Source: Macrostomum lignano
Lineage: Eukaryota
NCBI GenBank assembly: GCA_002269645.1
Contig: NIVC01001757.1
Span: 1-64,000 of the forward strand
Direction of reading: 5' to 3'
Length of the DNA: 64,000 nucleotides
Part shown: positions 25,353 to 38,817 of the stretch, one piece after another
How positions within the stretch are numbered: the first letter of the stretch is position 1
Layout of the letters: each line of letters starts with the position of its first letter
The notes under the pieces: generated by a model
Seen by the model: only the letters and a program-made list of their open reading frames with translations
Told to the model about the DNA's origin: nothing
Databases searched by the model: none
Program-made: the position numbers and the translations under genes

Positions 25353-25687
25353 GCCTTAGTGTGTCTGTCTGTCTGTCGGTCTGTCTGTTTGTCTGCCTTA
25401 GTGTGTCTGTCTGTCTGTCTGTCTGTCGGTCTGTCTGTTTGTCTGCCTTAGTGTGTCTGTCTGTCTGTCTGTCTGTCTGTGTCTGTTTGTCTGCCTTAGT
25501 GTGTCTGTCTGTCTGTCAGTCTGTCTGTCTGTCTGTCTGCCTTAGTGTGTCTGTCTGTCTGTCTGTCTGCCTTAGTGTGTCTGTCTGTCTGTCGGTCTGT
25601 CTGTCTGTCTGTCTGCCTTAGTGTGTCTGTCTGTCTGTCTGTCTGCCTTAGTGTGTCTGTCTGTCTGTCTGTCTGTCTGCCTTAGTG

Positions 25688-25782
<95 letters not shown>

Positions 25783-25791
25783 GTCTGTCTG
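24246..25791. repeat. Compound (TCTG)n microsatellite punctuated by CCTTAGTGTG, SRD5A intron 4
   Basis: Visible directly. Confidence 0.96.
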
Positions 25792-25829
25792 TATTCCAAT
25801 CATTAACCAGCCGCCACCCCCTCCCGCAG

Positions 25830-25899
25830 GTGGTACCTGAAGAAGTTCGGTGACGAGTACCCCAAGAATCGCAAGGCAATTCTCCCCTACCTGATCTGA
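25830..25899 (+). CDS. SRD5A1: Steroid 5-alpha-reductase exon 5 (last)
   Basis: CCCGCAG| acceptor; WYLKKFGDEYPKNRKAILPYLI followed by TGA. Confidence 0.93.
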
Positions 25900-26779
25900 T
25901 GCAGTGCGGGAAGAACTGATGGGTTCATTGTAGGCTCAGATTAACTTATAGGTTTTTAAATTCTTCATTCATAAGTGTCTGATAGTCAATTAGGATTTTG
26001 AAAGATTTTTTTTCTGGTGCTAGTTTTTTTGGTTTCAGTTTCAATTGCCATATTTTTCATATTATTATTCATGCTTAATTTTATTTAAGCCTATTTAATA
26101 AAACAAAAAAATTTGCCGTACTAATTTAAGTAGTTGAACTTAAATACTGCAATACCTAAAATATAATATACTAATTTTGTTGATATGATATTTAAAAAAT
26201 ATATATTTATATAAAATTGTCACAACACAGAAAAACCTGACAAAAAAGATTGAATTTATGTTTTCCGTTGTTGGTTAATCAATAAAGGAAAATATTTTAA
26301 CATTTCTACTGTTGCTATGAACTAAGTGGTGTAGTTAGGTAATCTAGATAAAATATGATTATCTTGTAAACTTTGTTGAGAGGTAAATCTAAATTGGATA
26401 CACAGGTCTTGTTAATACGAGCGTAACTTTGATTCTAAAAAAATATTATAGAATATATGGAAATTATCTATATGCTACTAACAATAATGGCTAGTTACTA
26501 ATACAAAGCAATAAAACGATTTCACATGCAAAATTGTTTCTTTGTTAATATCATTACCTGGGTTTCAGCTTGTTTGTTTATGATATGGGAAGTTCAGCGA
26601 AGTGTTGACGAGCCATCCATACGCTTCTTTTCTCAGCCCTGGACTATCAGCTGCTCTTGTAAAGAGAAGATAAGAATGCTTCTTTGCTGTCAACTGCACC
26701 TTTCTTCTCTTGCTTAGGTCGCAGCTATACATGTCGAGCCAATGCCATTATTTAAGTATTCTTGATTGTCTCGACTTGT

Positions 26780-27400
26780 TTCATAAAAATCTCGCCTCAA
26801 ATCGCAAGATTTATCTCATCAAAATCTAACTCCAAATTCTGCAGATAGTCTCATCAAAATATCACCTCAAATCTCGAGATATTTATCATCAAAATCTCAC
26901 CTTAACACTCAAGACTTGCCGCATCAAAATCTCACCTCGAATTCTCCAGATTGTCTCATCTAAATCTCACCTCAAATTCTCCAGATTGTCTCATCTAAAT
27001 CTCACCTCAAATTCTCCAGATTGTCTCATCAAAATCTCACCTCAAATTCTCCAGATTTGTCTCATCGAAATCTCACCTCAAATCTCAAGACTTGCCTCAT
27101 CAAAATCTCACCTCAAATTCTCCAGATTGTCTCATCGAAATCTCACCTCAAATCTCAAGACTTGCCTCATCTAAATCTCACCTCAAATTCTCCAGATTGT
27201 CTCATCAAAATCTCACCTCAAATTCTCCAGATTTGTTTCATCGAAATCTCACCTCAAATCTCAAGACTTGCCTCATCAAAATCTCACCTCAAATTCTCCA
27301 GATTGCCTCATCAAAATCTCACCTCAAATTCTCCAGATTGCCTCATCAAAATCTCAACTCAAATCTCAAGATTTCTCTCATTAAAATCTCAAGATTATCT
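26780..27400. repeat. About 35-bp minisatellite (ATCAAAATCTCACCTCAAATTCTCCAGATTGTCTC) between the SRD5A and PAPSS 3' ends
   Basis: Tandem units visible directly. Confidence 0.9.
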
Positions 27401-27562
27401 CATCCTACGTATGAAACTTCCAAACTGCTACATGTACACAATGTTATACTACTTACACTAAGTAGTTAATGAAAATACTCGTTTTCAACCTTACGAGCCC
27501 CCCCCCCCAATGAATATACTGTCGATAAGTGAGTGACCGAATTCCAATCGAAGGCTGATGAG

Positions 27563-27940
27563 TCATTTCTGCTGCTGTTGTTGCCGATAAAATTCGGACA
27601 GCACCGCCCAGGCGTCCGGCGCCATAAACCCGTCCGGAGGGTCTCGGCCGTCTCTGGCCAGGGCGCGCATTTTTGTGCCCGATATGAATTCGAACTCGTC
27701 GCGTCTTGACGGCTCGAAAAATGCCATCCGGCCGATCGAACGGTTGTAGGCGGCCACTCGGAATGGCACGATTTCGAGTTTGTCAAGACCAGGGGTCATG
27801 CCCAGCACCAGGGCCCCGTGCTGCGGGTTGTACAGGTCCGACTTCTCCGGGCTGTCCGGGTCGGGTAGGCCGGCCGGGTCGCGTCCGACAATGTAGAAAT
27901 TGGCGCCGGCGTTCATCCGAGCCTTGGCGTGCCACTGCAC
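27563..27940 (-). CDS. PAPSS1: Bifunctional PAPS synthase, last coding exon (ATP sulfurylase C-terminus)
   Basis: [24 protein letters not shown]...VAAYN...[14 protein letters not shown]...PDGFMAP; TGA at 27565-27563. Confidence 0.95.
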   Translation of the reverse strand: MQWHAKARMNAGANFYIVGRDPAGLPDPDSPEKSDLYNPQHGALVLGMTPGLDKLEIVPFRVAAYNRSIGRMAFFEPSRRDEFEFISGTKMRALARDGRDPPDGFMAPDAWAVLSEFYRQQQQQK

Positions 27941-28009
27941 CTGCGGGTTGGGGAGGCGATTGGGACTCGCCTGTAGCAACTGGTTCTGCTGGGAATTTCT
28001 TAGGGACTT

Positions 28010-28215
28010 CTGCTGTGGGCAGGACAGCCTCCCAGATCCTCAGTTGCTGGGCCAGCCTCCCAGATCCTCAGTTACTGGGCCAGCCTCCCAGATTCTCAGT
28101 TACTGGGCCAGCCTCCCAGATCCTCAGTTACTGGGCCAGCCTCCCAGATCCTCAGTTGCTGGGCCAGCCTCCCAGATCCTCAGTTGCTGGGCCAGCCTCC
28201 CAGATCCCCAGTTGC
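28010..28215. repeat. 28-bp minisatellite in a PAPSS intron
   Basis: GGGCCAGCCTCCCAGATCCTCAGTTGCT units. Confidence 0.92.
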
Positions 28216-28226
28216 CGTGCCGGTAC

Positions 28227-28572
28227 CTCTGTGGGCCCAGCGTACAGCATCGGTGCCGGAAACACCGCGGTGACGGTGCTGCCGGGGTCCAGCACGCCAG
28301 CCTTCAGCACAGCCTCATGCTGGCGCAGCCGGACAGGCAGCGGCACATCGTCCGGTTTTGTCCAGCCTCCCAGCGGGTGCAGCAGCAGCACCGGGTTGCG
28401 GTAGCGCCGCTCCTCCAGCAGGCGCCGCCTGGTATCGGCCATCAGCAGGGCGTGCCCGTTGTGCACCGGGTTGCGCAGCTGGAAGGCGAAAACCGCGTCG
28501 GCGTTCATCTCGGCAAATCTGGCGCGTAACTGGCGCGGAGTCAGTCGGTAGTGATCCAGGCCGTCGTGCCAC
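28227..28572 (-). CDS. PAPSS1: PAPS synthase coding exon 4 (ATP sulfurylase active site)
   Basis: [18 protein letters not shown]...[17 protein letters not shown]...MLYAGPTE; AG/GT boundaries and phases consistent. Confidence 0.95.
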
Positions 28573-28789
28573 CTGCGGATGAGTTTATGATGCATGCACC
28601 GAATAGCACAGATTAAAAATGTCAAGCACTAATAAATCATGAGGGCAGTTTGATTATAGTTTCTCTTATGCAATTCTAAAAGTACACGAGCACTATTAAA
28701 GTATGCATGCACTTTGAAATTGATCGTGCACTAATCAAGTATGCGTGCACTAATAAAGTGCGCGTACACTAATAACGCACTAAATAACT

Positions 28790-28964
<175 letters not shown>

Positions 28965-29353
28965 TTTATGTGCTCCAGAAGTTTCAACTCTCCGCCAATG
29001 AGCCAGTCGCCGCTAGCGAGAATTCGAGCAACGCTCGGGTGTCCGGATGACACGGTGCCGAAGGTTCGAGCGCAGCGCTCGCGTTTCTGATGGGCGAACA
29101 CCTCGACGGAGTGGAGCAGCCCAATGACCTGACTGTCGCCGCTGCCGTCGCCAACCTGACGACGCAAAGCGACGCTGGACTGGCCAACGCATGCCTCGCG
29201 TTCTGCGTCGTTGATAGCCAAGACGATTGGCACGCTCTGACTGTGCCAGCCCGTGCTGCCTCGGGCTTGCACCGCGCCGAAGTGCAGGCACTGCAGGTAC
29301 TGCCGCTCGGTCATGAAGCCGGTCAGCGGGTGCGCCCAGCCTTCGGAGAGCAC
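28965..29353 (-). CDS. PAPSS1: PAPS synthase coding exon 3
   Basis: VLSEGWAHPLTGFMTERQYLQCLHFG...SVPIVLAI...HQKRERCARTFGT...GDWLIGGEL. Confidence 0.94.
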
Positions 29354-29361
29354 CTGAGGAA

Positions 29362-29835
29362 GAGGATTCTCTGGCAATCTTTGGGATTCTCTGACAATCT
29401 TTGGGATTCTCTGGCAATCTTTGGGATTTTCTGGCAGTCTTTGGGATTCTCTGGCAATCTTTGGGATTCTTTGGCAATCTTTGGGATTCTCTGGCAATCT
29501 TTGAGATTCTTTGGCAATCTTTGAGATTCTTTGGCAATCTTTGAGATTCTTTGGCAATCTTTGAGATTCTTTGGCAATCTTTGGGATTCTTTGGCAATCT
29601 TTGGGATTCTCTGGCAATCTTTGGGATTCTTGGGGAATATTTGGGATTCTTGGGGAGTATTTGGGATTCTTGGGGAGTATTTGGGATTCTTGGGGGGTAT
29701 TTGAGATTTTTGAGAAATCTTTGGGATTACTTTGGGAATCTTTGGGATTCTTGGGGAATCTTTGGGATACTTGGGGAATCTTTAGGATTCTTGAGGAATC
29801 TTTTGGATACTTGGGAAATCTTTGGGATTCTTGTG
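29362..29835. repeat. 20-bp minisatellite (TTGGGATTCTCTGGCAATCT) in a PAPSS intron
   Basis: Visible directly. Confidence 0.92.
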
Positions 29836-29875
29836 GATTACTGAGGCCTTTTAAAGAAAATTACAAAAGGCCAAC

Positions 29876-30241
29876 CTGCGCCCACTGCAGGTCGATCTCG
29901 TCCACTTTCAGGCTCGGAAGTCCCTCAGCCTCCTGCAGCATCGCCTGACGTTCAGCGGCATCAGCCGCCACCAGTTCGCAAATTTCTCCCTCAACTGCCC
30001 CGGAAGCCCCGCCGGCCACCCCAGCAGGCAGAAGGCCTTCCCGATCCAGAAGGTCAACAACGGCCAGGACACTCTGACGGACTCCGCAAGCTGCCGTCTG
30101 GACGGTGAGGTCCGGTCGCATCGGTGGCTCATAGGCGCTGTCAATGCCTGTAAAGCCCTTGATGAGGCCTTCGCGGGCCTTGCGGTAGAGGCCCTTCACA
30201 TCGCGAGTCTCGCACACCTCCAGCGGCGCGTCTACAAAAAT
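29876..30241 (-). CDS. PAPSS1: PAPS synthase coding exon 2 (APS kinase C-terminus and linker)
   Basis: [40 protein letters not shown]...IDLQWAQ. Confidence 0.95.
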
Positions 30242-30628
30242 CTGCGAGGGAATTTTTAAATTTAAAATTGGCTCCCAGTTTGACATCAAAACACATAAGA
30301 AAAAGTAAAACAAAGACTATTAGAAAGTCAAATGGCCGCTGTACACTGTGGGAGAGTTCGTTTAAGTGCTTGCCTGCGTACAGGTATTTGCGCAGTTGCA
30401 TGGCCAGGAGACGATAATGTCTCCGAAGTCGTTGCAACAGGTAACATCATCTGAAATCCAAGCCTCTGACTCAGAATATTTTTGAAATTTTTTCTAAGAA
30501 ATCAGATTTGAACTAGCGCGAAACCTGTGTACTAGCGTTTAGTTTTGAATGAATCTGTTTAAATATTTCTCTCGTAAAAAACGTAGAAAATCCGGAATTT
30601 TCCAGGAAACCAGTTTACGTTAACAAAC

Positions 30629-31021
30629 CTCGTAGAATTTCAAACCGGCCTCCTCGTGCAGCCGCCGTGCCTTGTCGCGGTCCTGCCTGAACGGGCTGAT
30701 GAACGCCGTGATGCAGACGATGCCGCCGTCAGCGAAGAGCTTCGCCACCTCGCTAATCCGTCGAATGTTCTCCTCGCGGTCGGCCTGGGAGAACCCGAGA
30801 TTTTTGTTTAAACCCGTGCGAATATTGTCGCCGTCGAGCGAGTAGGCCGGCACCCCGGCTGACACCAGATACTCCTCAAGGCCGAACGCGATAGTGGTCT
30901 TGCCCGCACCGGAGAACCCCGTCAGCCAGACGGTGCAGCCGCGGAAACCCCCGCCGCCAGTGACTTTGGCTCGGCGATCCCGGCTGACATAATGCTCCTG
31001 CTGAAACACGTTGCTGGCCAT
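30629..31021 (-). CDS. PAPSS1: PAPS synthase coding exon 1 (APS kinase N-terminus)
   Basis: [14 protein letters not shown]...[16 protein letters not shown] (P-loop)...[10 protein letters not shown]. Acceptor at 31048, with a probable non-coding upstream exon (donor GTAAGT at 32079-32074). Total CDS 1872 nt = 623 aa. Confidence 0.9.
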
Positions 31022-31082
31022 GCTGTGTCCGGTCTTCTGGCTGTCTGCTGCAGTTGGAGAGGGTGCTAAGCGCTTGGTCGGC

Positions 31083-31950
31083 AATTCCCCTGGCTCCACT
31101 GAATTCCCCTGTCTCCCCTGAATTCCCCTGCTTCCCCTGAATTCCCCTGGCTTCCCTTGAATTCCCCTGCTTCCCTTGAATTCCCCTGCTTCCCTTGAAT
31201 TCCCCTGCTTCCCTTGAATTCCCCTGCTTCCCTTGAATTCCCCTGACTCCCCTGAATTCCCCTGCTTCCCCTGAATTCCCCTGCTTCCCCTGAATTCCCC
31301 TGCTTCCCCTGAATTCCCCTGCTTCCCCTGAATTCCCCTGCTTCCCCTGAATTCCCCTGACTCCCCTGAATTCCCCTGCTTCCCTTGAATTCCCCTGACT
31401 CCCCTGAATTCCCCTGCTTCCCCTGAATTCCCCTGGCTCCCCTAAATTCCCCTGCTTCCCCTGAATTCCCCTGGCTCCCCTGAATTCCCCTGCTTCCCCT
31501 GAATTCCCCTGCTTCCCCTGAATTCCCCTGACTCCCCTGAATTCCCCTGCTTCCCTTGAATTCCCCTGACTCCCCTGAATTCCCCTGCTTCCCCTGAATT
31601 CCCCTGGCTCCCCTGAATTCCCCTGCTTCCCCTGAATTCCCCTGCTTCCCCTGAATTCCCCTGGCTCCCCTGAATTCCCCTGGCTCCCCTGAATTCCCCT
31701 GGCTCCCCTGAATTCCCCTGCTTCCTCTGAATTCCCCTGCTTCCCCTGAATTCCCCTGGCTCCCCTGAATTCCCCTGCTTCCCTTGAATTCCCCTGCTTC
31801 CTCTGAATTCCCCTGCTTCCCCTGAATTCCCCTGCTTCCCCTGAATTCCCCTGGCTCCCCTGAATTCCCCTGGTTTCTCTGAATCCTCTTGGTTCACCTG
31901 GGCTTATATTCCCCTGGTCCCATGAATTCCCCTAGTTCCCCTAATTCCCC
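31083..31950. repeat. 19-20 bp minisatellite (GAATTCCCCTGCTTCCCCT) in the PAPSS 5' intron
   Basis: Visible directly. Confidence 0.94.
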
Positions 31951-32511
31951 TGCAGCTCATTTCCTTTATTTCCCTGCCGCTTATTTTTCAAAGTTTTTGA
32001 GATGCAAAGCTTGAAATATAAAAAAGCGCTTCAATGGCTCTCTAGAGCTGATTTGAATAAAAGTACGCCAGGTACTTACAGAAAGAATTTCGATGCTACT
32101 GTCAACAACTGGCGAAAGATGTGAAATAATTATCAACCGTTTTGTTAGGAGACGGTTCCTGGCTGCTCAAACTGACGGGATCCAGTGAGCAGTCAGCTGC
32201 ATATATAGGGATATATGGACCGGCGGATGGGGGTGCGGACTTGTGTTGGGATTTGCTGAATTGAATGAGAAGAACTTCCCCAGCCTTCCCCAGAGGCCTC
32301 GCGACTGGTTGGGGATGGTGAAAGTGTCAAGGTGACGTTACAGGATGTCCCACCGCATTTTATTCCCAACAACAAAAAATCCAATCTAATATCGTCTTGT
32401 AGAATCGGTAGAAAAACCCGTGAGAAATCGATACCGCTGCATTCAAGACTGATGAAGGACTAAATGGAGTCTGGAGTTCTGCGCATCGCGAATTGTAAAT
32501 CACCTTCATCT

Positions 32512-32514
<3 letters not shown>

Positions 32515-32570
<56 letters not shown>
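32515..32570. repeat. (CT)n microsatellite
   Basis: Visible directly. Confidence 0.95.
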
Positions 32571-32577
<7 letters not shown>

Positions 32578-32904
32578 GGAGGGAAGCCCTGCGGAGGCAG
32601 GGGTCGGGCAGAAATAAAGGAAAAATTATTAATCTCCTGAGAGCAGATGATGGAGCCAGAGGTGACGCTGAGGAAGTCGAGAAGTCGAGGCTTGTGGACA
32701 CCATAAAAAACTGTCCGAGAATTCGGGATTTTCCTCTCCCGATCCCAATTTCTTTCCTTCTTGTTCGACAGAAACTGCTGTTTTCTCCAGAGCTGATGGC
32801 TTCAGGGCATTCAGGACTTCATGCAGTCCATGCAGTGCTGAGGTGAACTCCTAGCGCTAGCAATGTGACTGAAATGATTAAAGATCGCGATTTGGTGGAA
32901 ATAG

Positions 32905-34060
32905 GAGAGATTAGATTGTTTAGACTGAGAGATTGGAATGATGAGATTGATAGATTAGAAAAGTTAGATTGAGAGATTAGATTGATTAGACTGAGAGATA
33001 AGCATGATGAGATTGAGAGATTAGAATGATGAGATTGATAGATTAGAATGATGAGATTGAGAGATTAGAATGATGAGATTGAAAGATTAAAATGATGAGA
33101 TCGGGAGATTAGAATGATGAGATTGATAGATTAGAAAGGTTAGATTGAGAGATTAGATTGATTAGACTGAGAGATTAGCATGGTGAGATTGAGGGATTAG
33201 AATGATGAGATTGAGAGATTAGAATGATGAGATTGAGGGATTAGAATGATGATATTGATAGATTAGAATGATGAGATTGAGAGATTAGACTGATGAGATT
33301 GAGAGATTAAAATGATGAGATCGAGAGATTAGAATGATGAGATCGAGAGATTAGAATGATGAGATTGAGAGATTAGATTGATGAGATTGAGGGATTAGAA
33401 TGATGAGACTGAGGGATTAGAATGATGAGATTGAGGGATTAGAGTGATGAGATTGAGAGAGATTAGAATGATGAGATTGGTAGATTAGAATGATGAGATT
33501 GAGGCATTAGAATGATGAGACTAAGGGATTAGAATGATGAGACTGGGGGATTAGAATGATGAGACTGAGGGATTAGAATGATGAGATTGGTAGATTAGAA
33601 TGATGAGACTGAGGGATTAGAATGATGAGACTGAGGGATTAGAATGATGAGACTGAGGGATTAGAATGATGAGACTGAGGGATTAGAATGATGAGACTCA
33701 GGGATTAGAATGATGAGACTCAGGGATTAGAATGATGAGACTCAGGGATTAGAATGATGAGATTGAGGCATTAGAATGATGAGACTGAGGGATTAGAATG
33801 ATGAGACTCAGGGATTAGAATGATGAGACTCAGGGATTAGAATGATGAGACTCAGGGATTAGAATGATGAGACTCAGGGATTAGAATGATGAGACTCAGG
33901 GATTAGAATGATGAGACTGAGGGATTAGAATGATGAGACTGAGGGATTAGAATGATGAGACTCAGGGATTAGAATGATGAGACTGAGGGATTAGAATGAT
34001 TAGACTGAGGGATTAGAATGATGAGACTGAGGGATTAGAATGATTAGACTCAGGGATTAG
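32905..34060. repeat. 22-bp minisatellite (GAGGGATTAGAATGATGAGACT and variants)
   Basis: Diverged 5' part, homogeneous 3' part. Confidence 0.93.
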
Positions 34061-34669
34061 TGCTACATTGAGAACAGATGACATACATGAACTTAGGCAG
34101 CATTTCCAACCGGCGCATTGCAGAATTCCTTCTGGTTCGAATTTCTCCCAGAAACTTGGCCATCACATGTGGGGGAGACAGATTGAGTAGTTGGGAGATT
34201 CAGACCCAGGAAGGGTGAACCGGGGGGCTCTCAGAGCGCGCGCAGGAGACATTGAGAGAGCATTAAGATAAGAGGAAACAATGACTGATGGGGCAGCGGG
34301 GCTTCATTAGAATTACACGGCCCAAGAGGTCGGGGAACCGGGCCTGAATCGCAAATAGCTTTTCGGGCGCAGCTTATGGTCTCTGCTTTTACTTCGAGCC
34401 TCATCAGGAAATCTCTCTTTTTCTGGGCGAGAGTCCTTGCAGAGAGCTGATGGCAGATCGAGAGGATTTGGGTGTGTTTTATTTAGCCAGAAGAAAATTG
34501 AGAAGCTGCATGGCTCTTCATCAAAGCAGCTGTCACAATACGTAATTTGTGCGCTCCGTGCAGATTTTTTACTCTGAGAATTTCTCCTTAGAATACTTCC
34601 ATAATTTCCTCCATTATTATCTATGCATGACCTGTGACCTGATCGACGGGCTTCTGCTGGGTCTTTAAG

Positions 34670-35542
34670 TGTGATTTCACTGGGTCTATAAGCGCAAATT
34701 CATTGGGTCTATAAGCGCAAATTCACTGGATCTTTAAGCGCTAACTTACTGGGTCTTTAAGCGCCCATTTACAGAGTCTTTAAGCCCCAACTTACTGAGT
34801 CTTTAAGCGCAATTTCACTAAGTCATTAGGCGTGATTTCACTGGTCTCTAAGCGCAATTTCACTAAGTCATAAAGCGTAATTTCACTGTGTCTGTAAGCC
34901 TGATTTCACTGGGTCTTTAAGCCTGATTACACTGGGTCTTTAAGCCTGATTTCACTGGGTCTTTAAGCCTGATTACACTGGGTCTTTAAGCCTGACTTCA
35001 CTGGGTCTTTAAGCCTGATTTCACTGGGTCTTTAAGCCTGATTTCACTGGGTCTTTAAGCCTGATTTCACTGGGTCTTTAAGCCTGATCACACTGGGTCT
35101 TTAAGCCTGACTTCACTGGGTCTTTAAGCCTGATTACACTGGGTCTTTAAGCCTGATTACACTGGGTCTTTAAGCCTGATTACAATGGGTCTTTAAGCCT
35201 GACTTCACTGGGTCTTTAAGCCTGATACACTGGGTCTTTAAGCCTGATTACACTGGGTCTTTAAGCCTGATTTCACTGGGTCTTTAAGCCTGATTTCACT
35301 GGGTCTTTAAGCCTGATTTCACTGGGTCTTTAAGCCTGATTTCACTGGGTCTTTAAGCCTGATTTCATTGGGTCTTTAAGCATGATTACATTGGGTCTTT
35401 AAGCATGATTACACTGGGTCTTTAAGCCTGATTTCACTGGGTCTTTAAGCCTGATTACACTGGGTCTTTAAGCCTGATTATATTGGGTCTCTAAGCGTGA
35501 TTACCCCGGATCTTTAAGCCCGATTTCACTGGGTCTTTAAGC
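34670..35542. repeat. 23-bp minisatellite (CCTGATTTCACTGGGTCTTTAAG)
   Basis: Visible directly. Confidence 0.93.
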
Positions 35543-35924
35543 CAGGGCAAGATCACAAAAGAAGATTTACATTGTTCTTATGCTGCTGACCAATGCCGTA
35601 GCATATTATGGGTGACATCGGAATCTTATTGGAAATTCGTTACACTATTAGCTAAAAAACTGCGTAATTCTCATTAATAATTGCATTCCCAACTGCTTTC
35701 AATTCTGTCAATCAAGCAGGTTGCAGAACACCGATTTATCCACAAGCGTGCATGAATGCAATTCATTTTCCTGCTCCATCATTAACATTTGCAGAACACT
35801 GAGGAACTTCATCTAGCTGCCGAGCGATATGGAGATGAACTGAAGCGTGTATGAAAAACAAATGCCTGCGATTTTACGAGCATGGATTCTGTAAACGGAT
35901 TCTTTCTCGTTAGTTAATTCTCTC

Positions 35925-38452
35925 CCGAATTCCCCTTTAGCTCATTCCCCCGTAGCTCACTCCCTTAATTCACCCGTAGCTCATTCCCCCAATTCACCTG
36001 TAGCTCATTCCCCCAATTCCCCTGTAGCTCATTCCCCCAATTCCCCTGTAGCTCATTCCCCCAATTCACCTGTAGCTCATTCCCCCAATTCCCCTGTAGC
36101 TCATTCCCCCAATTCCCCTGTAGCTCATTCCCCCAATTCACCTGTAGCTCATTCCCCCAATTCCCCTGTAGCTCATTCCCCCAATTCACCTGTAGCTCAT
36201 TCCCCCAATTCACCTGTAGCTCATTCCCCCAATTCCCCTGTAGCTCATTCCCCCATTCACCTGTAGCTCATTCCCCCAATTCCCCTGTAGCTCATTCCCC
36301 CGATTCCCCTGTAGCTCATTCCCCCAATTCCCCTGTAGCTCATTCCCCCAATTCCCCCGTAGCTCACTCCCCCAATTCACCTGTAGCTCATTTCCCCAAT
36401 TCCCCTGTAGCTCATTCCCCCGTAGCTCATTCCCCCAATTCCCCCGTAGCTCAAACCCCCTATTTACCTGTAGCTCATTCCTCCTATTCACCTGTAGCTC
36501 ATTCCCCCAATTCCCCTGTAGCTCAAACCCCCAATTCACCTGTAGCTCATTCCCCCAATTCCCCTGTAGCTCATTCCCCCGTAGCTCATTCCCCAATTCC
36601 CCCGTAGCTCAAACCCCCAATTCACCTGTAGCTCATTCCCCCAATTCACCTGTAGCTCATTCCCCCAATTCCCCTGTAGCTCATTCCCCCTATTCACCTG
36701 TAGCTCATTCCCAATATTCACCTGTAGCTTATTCCCCCTATTCACCTGTAGCTCATTCCCCCAATTTCCCTGTAGCTCATTCCCCCTATTCACCTGTAGC
36801 TCATTCCCCCAATTCACCTGTAGCTCATTCCCCCTATTCACCTGTAGCTCATTCCCCCTATTCCCCTGTAGCTCATTCCCCCTATTCACCTGTAGCTCAT
36901 TCACCCAATTCACCTGTAGCTCATTCCCCCAATTCACCTGTAGCTCATTCCCCCAATTCACCTGTAGCTCATTCACCCAATTCACCTGTAGCTCATTCAC
37001 CCAATTCACCTGTAGCTCATTCCCCCTATTCACCTGTAGCTCATTCCCAATATTCACCTGTAGCTCATTCCCCCTATTCACCTGTAGCTCATTCCCCCTA
37101 TTCACCTGTAGCTCATTCCCCAAATTCGCCTGTAGCTCACTCCCCCAATTCCCCTGTAGCTCATTCCCCCTATTCACCTGTAGCTCATTCCCCCTATTCA
37201 CCTGTAGCTCATTCCCCCCTATTCACCTGTAGCTCATTCCCCCTATTCACCTGTAGCTCATTCCTCCAATTCTCCTGTAGCTCATTCACCCAATTCACTT
37301 GTAGCTCATTTCCCCAATTCACCTGTAGCTCATTCCCCCAATTCACCTGTAGCTCATTCCCCCTATTCACCTGTAGCTCATTCCCCCTATTCACCTGTAG
37401 CTCCCCTATTCACCTGTAGCTCATTCCCCCTATTCACCTGTAGCTCATTCCCCCAATTTCCCTGTAGCTCATTCCCCCTATTCACCTGTAGCTCATTCCC
37501 CCTATTCACCTGTAGCTCATTCCCCCTATTCACCTGTAGCTCCCCTATTCACCTGTAGCTCATTCCCCCTATTCACCTGTAGCTCATTCCCCCTATTCAC
37601 CTGTAGCTCATTCCCCCTATTCACCTGTAGCTCATTCCCCCTATTTACCTGTAGCTCATTCCCCCTATTCACCTGTAGCTCATTCCCAATATTCACCTGT
37701 AGCTCATTCCCCAAATTCACCTGTAGCTCATTCCCCCTATTCACCTGTAGCTCATTCCCCCTATTCACCTGTAGCTCATTCCCCCTATTCACCTGTAGCT
37801 TATTCCCCCAATTCCCCTGTAGCTCATTCCCAATATTCACCTGTAGCTCATTCCCCCAATTCACCTGTAGCTCATTCCCCCAATTCACCTGTAGCTCATT
37901 CCCCCAATTCACCTGTAGCTCATTCCCCCAATTCACCTGTAGCTCACTCCCCCAATTCCCCTGTAGCTCATTCCCCCTATTCACCTGTAGCTCATTCCCA
38001 ATATTCACCTGTAGCTCATTCCCCCAATTCCCCTGTAGCTCATTCCCCCTATTCACCTGTAGCTCATTCCCCGAATTCACCTGTAGCTCATTCCCCAAAT
38101 TCACCTGTAGCTCATTCCCCCTATTTACCTGTAGCTCATTCCTCCTATTCACCTGTAGCTCATTCCCCCTATTCACCTGTAGCTCATTCCCCCAATTCCC
38201 CTGTAGCTCATTCCCCCTATTCACTTGTAGCTCATTCCCCCAATTTCCCCGTAGCTCAAACCCCCAATTCACCTGTAGCTCATTCCCCCAATTCCCCTGT
38301 AGCTCATTCCCCCTATTCACCTGTAGCTTATTCCCCCAATTCCCTTGTAGCTCATTCCCCCAATTCCCCTGTAGCTCATTCCCCCAATTCCCCTGTAGCT
38401 TATTCCCCTTATTTCCCTGTAGCTCATTCCCCCAATTCCTCTGTAGCTCATT
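35925..38452. repeat. 24-bp minisatellite (ATTCCCCCAATTCACCTGTAGCTC), about 2.5 kb
   Basis: Visible directly; source of the GNELQVN ORFs. Confidence 0.96.
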
Positions 38453-38817
38453 GTGAAGAGAAGATAGGGGATATGAGCCAGATATAGGTAATGAGCATGG
38501 GCTCTGGCAGTGGTTCTAGTTTATAGCAATTTTTCTGAGGTGTAAGAGCCAAAATATACACGAGGTTGTGGAAAAGCAACTGCGGTTTTAAAATTTTGGT
38601 AGCCCAAAATCTATTAAAATCTGAATTATTTTATATATTTGTATTGCTGCAAAGGCCATCTGCATTTGAATCTGATTATGAATTATTCTAATTGCATTGC
38701 TATAAAATGTCCACGTGTGCAGCAGCAATACTTAAAGTGATATTAGAACTGGTGCTTCCTGCAAGCAGACTTAACCTTAGATTTACTAGTTTTGCTAACA
38801 GTGTGAGGCAATACAAG

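Noticed and set aside
23573-25806. Cys/Val-rich ORFs resembling metallothionein or keratin-associated proteins
   Set aside because: Derived from the 36-bp and TCTG repeats in SRD5A intron 4.
31442-31897. Collagen-like G-X-Y ORF
   Set aside because: Artefact of a 19-bp repeat cycling through frames inside a PAPSS intron.
32440-32480. CTGATGA hammerhead-ribozyme cores (also about 27555, 43831, 50527)
   Set aside because: No stem II followed by GAAA and no cleavage triplet in the correct geometry.
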